NCBI GenBank assembly: GCA_024626585.2
Contig: JANKJI020000002.1
Span: 111,077,055 to 111,095,312 of the forward strand
Direction of reading: 5' to 3'
Source of the DNA: Ginkgo biloba
Lineage: Eukaryota > Plantae > Ginkgophyta
DNA: 18,258 nt
Shown here piece after piece: positions 10,671 to 18,258 of this stretch (within the stretch, counting starts at the first letter, position 1; every line of letters begins with the position of its first letter). The notes below the pieces were generated by a model that was given only the letters and a program-made list of their open reading frames with translations, searched no databases and had not been told where the DNA came from. Made by a program: the position numbers and the translations under genes.

Positions 10671-11760
10671 GGTGGTAACTTCAATAGTGGAAATTATAAC
10701 AAAGGACATAACAACAATCACAGATGTAAAAAATGCAATTGTTGACATTATGGAGGACCTGCCCATATATATATGTGCCTACAAATGATTTATTATCACA
10801 TCTCCATGACCTGTCAAAACATCTAGCACTATTTCTCAACATGTAATCGACAAGTAGGAGATTCTTTCTACCCTTTGTGGTTAAGCTTTACTATGGTTCC
10901 AATATGTGCGCCATCACTTGTGGGCAGTCATTTAAGAACTCTTTCTGGATAGATTCCAAACTTTGTGCAACCACATAGTGGTGTATAAAGCATTATAGAT
11001 GATTAAACAACGATTTCGCAAAACAATGCAAAATTATGACAAAAGATTACAAGTTTTAGCCTCCAAACTTGAAGGCCACAACATTGTCTTACCAATCATA
11101 ATGATGAATTATTTAGTAGATAAATTGTTGCCTCCTTACCAAGAAAACATACAACATTATCACATCGAAAGCTATGAACAAATGCAATATTTGGTGATGG
11201 CATTCAAGAAGTAGATATGCATGGATGCGCCAGATCCATATCAACCCAATTGGCATCAACAAGATTTCCCTCCCACTTATGTGCCATATGCATGTTAGAG
11301 TATGAATAAGGAAACACCTATAACTAAGGAGAGACATGAAATTGAGAAACTTCAAGAAGAGATTACTAGCTTAAAGTTGGACAAACAAGTATCAAAATGA
11401 CAGCATGCATCAAACCTAAAGATAATAACAAAACCAGTGGCAACCAATCAACTTCAAACGAATAGAATAATACCACTGGCAAACTTAGGTGCTTAATTTG
11501 TGAGAAGGATATCCATGACACCAAAGATTGTTACTATATCCCTCATAATAGCCAAAATAATCCATATTGAGGATGCGGAAATAGAGGCAGTTATAGGGGC
11601 AACAATACTAATAACCATAACATAAACCCTAGCACTATGTCGCATGCATTAGTTGTATTGGGGCATATTCCTTGAGATTTTCCATACATGCAAAATAAAA
11701 AAGGGTTAGTGTAAAAGAATTGTGGACTGGGAGACCATGTTTAAGAGAACTACATGCCAA
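10671..11760 (+). pseudogene. Element A gag core + zinc knuckles
   Basis: ..DLLSHLHDL..RRFFLP..ALLWFQ..KELFLDRFQ; ORF 10999-11214 IKQ...T.QNYDKRLQVLASKL...Y....LLP. Intact CLICEKDIHDTKDC at 11490-11531, with decayed knuckles near 11640-11685 and 11710-11755. Confidence 0.8.
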
Positions 11761-12334
11761 AAGACAAGGGCAACAAACTAATAAGTCAAACGACGAATGA
11801 GAAATTGACCTACAAAGTAAACATGTGCATGAAGTTGAGAAAGAAATCCAAGAATAAAAAACAAACAAAGATGGATTTTCCAAACCCGATGAAGGAAAAG
11901 GACTATTTTAGAAGGAAGAATTAGAGGTAGCAGACCATGAGGCGAAGAAGCCCACACAATTGAAGAAGCAACGTAGCAATTTCAAGTAGAAAAGGCACAG
12001 GAGGAAGTTGAATTAAGGGAAAACAAAAGATTACTAAGTTTAATGTCTGCAAACAACCAAAATAAACCACAACCAAGGGGGGCATCCAAAACAAATGAGG
12101 AAGTAAGACATGTGCCCGCAACAACTATAGTAGAGATACCAACAATTATACCATAGCTACCCTTACATATGCTCAGAAGTTGGAGATATTAAAACAATTC
12201 ACTAATGACTTGAAATTGAGCATTCTGCTATCCACCATTTTTCAATTATGGGAACCAAACCTCTTACAACAAAGAATGTTTGTAATTAACAATAAAGACA
12301 TAATATCAGTAAGACAAATCTAAATCAGGATCAA

Positions 12335-12655
12335 CACATAACGATGCAACTATTAGGTTACACTATCGAGAAGGCGATTGTTGATGAAAACTCAGTAGTC
12401 AATGTTATGCCCAAAAATACATGGAGAGGAATTAGAAGCAAGTAATGACACCTAACCATTATAAACTCACTATGGTTCATCAATCCTAGATATGACCATC
12501 AAGGATAGTGGAAAACATACTAATCACAGTAGCGAGAGTGATAGTCTTATAGGACTTTGCCATATTAAGGATGCCTGTTAAAGGTCGATCATACCCTACA
12601 TTACTTGTTCGTGAATGGCTACACAAAACTAAGGCCATAAAAGTTTGGTGGAGCT
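12335..12655 (+). pseudogene. Retropepsin-type aspartic protease remnant of element A
   Basis: ITMQLLGYTIEKAIVDENSVVNVMPKNTW (cf. IVDGGSGVNVMP), MVHQS.I.P..IVEN..I.V (cf. MADQS), DFAILRMP...YPTLLVREWL (cf. YPxLLGRPWL). Confidence 0.85.
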
Positions 12656-13074
12656 ATACGTTTAAAGTACGGCAAGGTGGTAAACAAGTAACATTGCCAA
12701 AAGCTATGGAAGACTAGCATTTTTCAAAATATACGACAATGCATCAAGTACGACAATGTCTTCCAAAGGCATAGCTAGCTCATATACAAACTCTGCATAT
12801 CATTGCAAGGCCAAGAATGATGAGGCGCACAAACCCAACATAAAGTGTGAAGTTGAGATCGATAATAACTCAGAGGAAAATGACTCACAATGTTTCATGA
12901 TCAATTGGTTACAAAAGACTTATAAACTCAATCAACCAGCATGTTACAGCATATGGAAAAGCTATGACATTATGATGGATGAAGACAGCCAAATGACATG
13001 GAGTAATAAACCAAGCTGTAAAAATCCCTAATCAAAGAAAATCTCGCAAAGAAAGTGAAGGAAGTTACTCATGG

Positions 13075-13175
13075 TAACACCTTGTACACTTTCTTTTTTT
13101 TTTTGAAATAATGCTTCTTATATTAACATGAAATGGACATTCTAGACCTTCAGAAGCTTAACACCTTGTACACTT
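13075..13175 (-). mobile_element. Short poly(A)-tailed retro-insertion (67 bp, 13092-13158) with 17-bp target-site duplication
   Basis: TAACACCTTGTACACTT is identical at 13075-13091 and 13159-13175. A T11 tract lies at 13094-13104. The minus strand reads ..TTAATATAAGAAGCATTATTTC-A11. Confidence 0.85.
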
Positions 13176-13651
13176 ATCAATTTAAGCAAGTAGTTTTGTA
13201 CAAATCAACAAATAGAATGTCATAAAAAGCACTAGAAAACCCATGCAATATGTAGCTAGTTAGGAAGGTACACAATTCTAAACAAACAGCTAGATAGTAG
13301 ATTAAGCGATAGATTATAATCATGGAAAAGTGAAATTCATTATCAGACACGCCAAATGAAGAAGAGTAGGCTTACACCAGATCTCAATTAATATGTATGG
13401 ACAGATGGGTTGATACACTACCAAAANNNNNNNNNNNNNNNNNNNNNNNNNNNNNNNNNNNNNNNNNNNNNNNNNTGGAGGCAACCACGATTGAAACATT
13501 TAGTGAGAAGTTCAAACTATACTATAGATGTATTGCAATACGATAGGTATCATAAAATGAAAATCCAAAAAAATTCAAAAGATGTCAAACATCCATAAAA
13601 ATATAAAATCAACCAAAACCCATAATATGCCGAAAAACATAAAAAACAAAA

Positions 13652-13949
13652 TGGGTATAACAGTCTAATTTATAACTTCATGATGGTTGGTACGACCCCC
13701 CAGTTAATGCAAGGGCCAACTATATGACAATCTAATTGGGAATAACACTATGATCTCTTTTAAAATATACAATCAACGATGAAATACCAATAACTATAAC
13801 GAGAAAGTATGATGGCATGAGGAAATGTCGACTCTAGGACATACTGAACTACGAAGAAGCTGCTTGAGGTATAGAAAGAAAGACAAATTAAAGGAGGCTC
13901 AAAAATTTTTCATGGATAAGGGGGCAGAGTTGGGAGCCAGATCACCTCC
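13652..13949 (+). repeat. 3'UTR + polypurine tract + start of 3' LTR (family X, copy 1)
   Basis: Aligns with 16603-16897 (first 35 nt 31/35). PPT AAGGGGGCAG at 13918-13927 is followed by AGTTGGGAGCCAGATCACC; the rest is masked. Confidence 0.8.
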
Positions 13950-14911
13950 NNNNNNNNNNNNNNNNNNNNNNNNNNNNNNNNNNNNNNNNNNNNNNNNNNN
14001 NNNNNNNNNNNNNNNNNNNNNNNNNNNNNNNNNNNNNNNNNNNNNNNNNNNNNNNNNNNNNNNNNNNNNNNNNNNNNNNNNNNNNNNNNNNNNNNNNNNN
14101 NNNNNNNNNNNNNNNNNNNNNNNNNNNNNNNNNNNNNNNNNNNNNNNNNNNNNNNNNNNNNNNNNNNNNNNNNNNNNNNNNNNNNNNNNNNNNNNNNNNN
14201 NNNNNNNNNNNNNNNNNNNNNNNNNNNNNNNNNNNNNNNNNNNNNNNNNNNNNNNNNNNNNNNNNNNNNNNNNNNNNNNNNNNNNNNNNNNNNNNNNNNN
14301 NNNNNNNNNNNNNNNNNNNNNNNNNNNNNNNNNNNNNNNNNNNNNNNNNNNNNNNNNNNNNNNNNNNNNNNNNNNNNNNNNNNNNNNNNNNNNNNNNNNN
14401 NNNNNNNNNNNNNNNNNNNNNNNNNNNNNNNNNNNNNNNNNNNNNNNNNNNNNNNNNNNNNNNNNNNNNNNNNNNNNNNNNNNNNNNNNNNNNNNNNNNN
14501 NNNNNNNNNNNNNNNNNNNNNNNNNNNNNNNNNNNNNNNNNNNNNNNNNNNNNNNNNNNNNNNNNNNNNNNNNNNNNNNNNNNNNNNNNNNNNNNNNNNN
14601 NNNNNNNNNNNNNNNNNNNNNNNNNNNNNNNNNNNNNNNNNNNNNNNNNNNNNNNNNNNNNNNNNNNNNNNNNNNNNNNNNNNNNNNNNNNNNNNNNNNN
14701 NNNNNNNNNNNNNNNNNNNNNNNNNNNNNNNNNNNNNNNNNNNNNNNNNNNNNNNNNNNNNNNNNNNNNNNNNNNNNNNNNNNNNNNNNNNNNNNNNNNN
14801 NNNNNNNNNNNNNNNNNNNNNNNNNNNNNNNNNNNNNNNNNNNNNNNNNNNNNNNNNNNNNNNNNNNNNNNNNNNNNNNNNNNNNNNNNNNNNNNNNNNN
14901 NNNNNNNNNNN

Positions 14912-16208
14912 CACCCCTTATATTTCGCCAGTCATAAGTTGACATCTCCCGAGCAAAACTACATGGAGACATAGAAACAAGGGCTCAGTATGGTATATGC
15001 CATTTAGAAGTGTAGGCACTATCTTATCCAATCAATTCTATTTCTACGTTGACCACCAATCATTGATGTATCTTATCAACAAACTAGTTCTCCAAGGACA
15101 AATAAGCTTATGGATGTTATTGTTCCAAGAGTTAGCTTTTAAATAATTGTCAAACTAGTTATCTAATCGTTACTGTTCAAATTTTCCTTCCCGAATAGAG
15201 ATAGTCCTAGAATGGTATGCCAACATTGCGGAATATCTATCAACTAACCAAGCACCCTCCAGGATTGATAAATTAGAACATAAGAATCTCCCACGCAAAG
15301 CCCTCCCTTATTAATCTAATTGGAGAAGCCATATATTGGTTGGGACTTAATCATGTGCTCCCGAGATGAGGATTATTGCATGAGGTTAACAACATAATTT
15401 GTCAAGCTCATGAAGGTCTGGTTAGACGACATGTGGTAAGCGATGCCATTTCCAAGAAAATATTGCAGAGAGAACTATTGTGACTGACATTGTTCAACGA
15501 CATCTAGAAATGGGTTAAAAATCGTGATATTTGCCCGAGTGTAAGGAAGTCAAACCAACAGATACACCAGCGCCTACATCCTATCCAACCACCACCCCAT
15601 TTCAACATTAGGGAATTGATTTAATGGGACCCATAAGTCCCACAACAAGACAAACACAAGCATGCTATATTCTAGTAGTGAAGAATTTTGTGACAAAATG
15701 GTGTGAAGCTCATATCGTCCGAACAAAATGCTTGTACCACTATGTGAATCCTATATGAGACTATTATTATGCGGTTTGGTCATCCTTTGTGGCTTCCATG
15801 CGACCGAGGTGGAGGTTTCATTAACGAAGTTGTACAAAACTTAATGGATGAATTTATGATTACACATCACAAATCGACGCCATACTACCTAGAATGCAAT
15901 GGCCAAGGCAAAATCTTAAACAAAATTCTTGAAGCAGCCTTGGCAAAAATTTGTGATGTTGGAAGAACAAATTGGGTGGAGAAAATGCATTCCATATTAT
16001 GGGCATTTTGCTCAACGCATCACTGGGGAGACACCATTTCAATTGGCTTATGGTGTCGAAGTTGTCATCCCCATTGAGTTTGAGGTACCTGGCTTGCATG
16101 TCACTTTAAAATGCAGGCTAGGTGAGGAGGAATCCATTGTGGGAAGATTATACCAATTATTATACCTCAAAGAGCGACACGCGTTAGCCTTTTTTGACAT
16201 TGGAGGCA
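14912..16208 (+). pseudogene. Ty3/gypsy non-chromovirus pol remnant (element B): RNase H + integrase
   Basis: HPLYFASHKLTSPEQNYMET*KQGLSMVYAI*KCRHYL; FYVDHQSLMYLINK.VL.G.I..W.LLFQE; WYANIAEYL; AHEG...H.....KKIL; GIDLMGPI; TKWCEA; RFGHP....DRG..FIN..; HKSTPYY...NGQ; TGETPFQLAYGVEVVIPIEF. Confidence 0.93.
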
Positions 16209-16602
16209 NNNNNNNNNNNNNNNNNNNNNNNNNNNNNNNNNNNNNNNNNNNNNNNNNNNNNNNNNNNNNNNNNNNNNNNNNNNNNNNNNNNNNNNNNNNN
16301 NNNNNNNNNNNNNNNNNNNNNNNNNNNNNNNNNNNNNNNNNNNNNNNNNNNNNNNNNNNNNNNNNNNNNNNNNNNNNNNNNNNNNNNNNNNNNNNNNNNN
16401 NNNNNNNNNNNNNNNNNNNNNNNNNNNNNNNNNNNNNNNNNNNNNNNNNNNNNNNNNNNNNNNNNNNNNNNNNNNNNNNNNNNNNNNNNNNNNNNNNNNN
16501 NNNNNNNNNNNNNNNNNNNNNNNNNNNNNNNNNNNNNNNNNNNNNNNNNNNNNNNNNNNNNNNNNNNNNNNNNNNNNNNNNNNNNNNNNNNNNNNNNNNN
16601 NN

Positions 16603-16875
16603 TGGGTATAATTGTCCAATTTATGACTTCATGATGGCAGGTGGCAACCCTTAATAACCCAAGGGCAACCTAGACAACAATCTAGCCAAGGGCAACATGG
16701 TGTATCTCTATTGAAACACGTGACTAATGACATAAAACTGATGAAATGGAAGTAAGAATGATAATGCAAGAAATGACGACATTGAAAATTCTAAACTATA
16801 AAGGAAAAGGATGATTGAATTGAAGACTAGATGAATTAAAGGAAAATAAAAAAATGTTTGTGGGTAAGGGGGCAG
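16603..16875 (+). repeat. 3'UTR + polypurine tract (family X, copy 2)
   Basis: Homologous to 13652-13927. PPT AAGGGGGCAG at 16866-16875 lies downstream of integrase, as expected. Confidence 0.8.
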
Positions 16876-17272
16876 GGTTGAGAGCTAGATTACCCTAACC
16901 TAATATCTAAGCTCCTTTAAAAACTTTGATCACCTGGCTTGAGTGATACCAGAGATAATAGTGTCCAATACGATGTTAGCAAGATATTGGTGGCATGGCC
17001 AAATTGACAAAATGGCGTAGTCATAACATGAAATAAAGGCCTAATATGACAGAAGAATGCATTTATAAGAGATGACACGGTGTTGGATGATGTGGCAACC
17101 TAGAAGATGATGATGTGATAGCCCTTTAATGGCGTGACAAACAACCCTAGTAACATAGAAGCAATCTAATGAGGTGGTAACAACCCTAAGCATGATGTCA
17201 ATTTTTAAGAAGTATATTTATGCCAGTAGACAATGAAGGTACAACACTCAACATTAGCCAACATTAATTACA
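16876..17272 (+). repeat. 3' LTR of element B (family X), U3 portion, truncated
   Basis: Begins right after the PPT with GGTTGAGAGCTAGATTACC (cf. AGTTGGGAGCCAGATCACC at 13928). 17001-17035 matches 6811-6845. Confidence 0.7.
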
Positions 17273-17923
17273 TGCTGACATCAACCCTTACATCGCATTT
17301 AATACAACTTGAATACTTGTAGTTAATAGCATTCCAATTGCATTAAATGAAGAGGGAAGATGCATTTAATGAAGCATTAATGATTGATTTGAAACACATT
17401 TAATGAAGAGGGAGAAGATGCATTTAATGCAACATTAATGACTAATCTAATTCACAATTAAAGAAGAGAGAAATTGCCATTAATGATGTCAATTGCCCTG
17501 AGTGCATTTAATGCTTGTACTAAGGGCACAATTATTTCCCTAGTAAAGGTGCATTTAATGATTCATCATGAAAGGACAAAAGTAATAAATGAAAGGATAT
17601 TAACTCCTCAATATGAACAACCATGTTATTCACATTTATTAAGGAGAGAGAAAGAAGAAATAGAAGAGAGAATGAGGAACCTAGATGTAAGAGTTGAGAA
17701 ATAAATGTTAAGGTTTGGTGTGAGGCCTTGCCTTAACATCTAATGTTATATATCATTACTATTGAATAAAGAAATGTGATATTGTACCCCATTTGATTAT
17801 CTCGTGATTTGTGCCATGATTATGTGATGATTATTTCCTAGTTAATGCATGTGATGGTACCATGTATGATTACTAACCATTGTTGATCGTGGGCTTCCTA
17901 CCAAGACTCGCAATTAGTCAACA
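17273..17923 (+). repeat. LTR of a different family (Y), ~650 bp
   Basis: Terminal inverted repeat TGCTGAC (17273) / GTCAACA (17917-17923), 6/7 match. It has internal U3-like tandem repeats, a TATA-like ATTTATTAA followed by a GA-rich tract (~17634-17670), and AATAAA at 17765-17770. The right end abuts RT sequence sharply. Confidence 0.6.
17341..17485 (+). repeat. Tandem repeat, 56-58 bp unit, ~2.5 copies
   Basis: CATT(A/T)AATGAAGAGGGA(GA)AGATGCATTTAATG...CATTAATGA at 17341-17396 and 17397-17454; partial third copy from 17455. Confidence 0.8.
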
Positions 17924-18258
17924 GGTGCAAGCCACTCTTTCACCATCTTTATCTTTTTAGGGCTTACTATTATTTCCTTTATACATAGATTATGTCATAG
18001 GTAGTCTATTTCATTCTTTAGAAAGTTGCATTTCGACATTTTTACACAAACTTCTCCTTCCTCAATATGTCTAGTACCCAGTTTAGAAGTTCCAAGTATT
18101 CTTCATGAGTTTTACTAAAGATCATTATGTAATTGAGGAATAGCACCACAAATTTTCCTGAGTACAGTCTAAAGACAATTGTTCATTAGTCTCATAAAGA
18201 TTGTGGGACGTTTGTGAGGCCAAAAGGTATCACTAAGAACACATAATGCCCACCTCTT
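17924..18258 (-). pseudogene. Ty3/gypsy (chromovirus-like) reverse transcriptase core, catalytically dead
   Basis: GHYVFLVIPFGLTNVP/FMRLMN/VFRLYSGKFVVLFLNYIMIFSKTHEE..VLDILRKE..KMSKCNF..EIDYL*H..VSPKKIKMVKEWLAP. The F/YxDD motif has decayed to FLNY (18129-18140). Confidence 0.93.

Noticed and set aside
13825-14972. Long ORFs in the track (also 2219-2764, 6831-7742, 15929-16654 etc.)
   Set aside because: Their length comes from N runs translated as X; they are not evidence of genes.
17341-17485. CRISPR-like array
   Set aside because: Head-to-tail degenerate repeats without unique spacers, in a eukaryotic LTR context.

Overview
AT-rich eukaryotic (plant) intergenic DNA made almost entirely of decayed, nested retrotransposons. 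The element types resemble those of large gymnosperm/fern genomes (inference). I see no intact host gene, RNA gene or CRISPR array, and no clearly new functional system. Layout: (i) 1-~5050 (-): an L1/Tx1-type LINE (ORF1 DUF4283-like domain and CCHC knuckle; ORF2 APE endonuclease and RT), interrupted by two LTR-element fragments (1225-~1720 and ~2995-4391). (ii) A minus-strand chromovirus-like Ty3/gypsy pol whose RT is split between 17924-18258 and ~5100-6783 by an ~11.1 kb block. (iii) That block holds a plus-strand non-chromovirus gypsy complex: LTR, then a gag with a long Asn/Gly-rich N-terminal domain (interrupted by a second element's PBS+gag), three zinc knuckles, protease, 3'UTR/PPT and LTR. 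This is followed by RNase H-integrase, a homologous 3'UTR/PPT and LTR, and then an LTR of another family. A 67-bp poly(A)-tailed insertion has a perfect 17-bp TSD. All coding remnants carry stops or frameshifts. All calls come from manual translation and motif recognition; boundaries are approximate and N runs hide several junctions.
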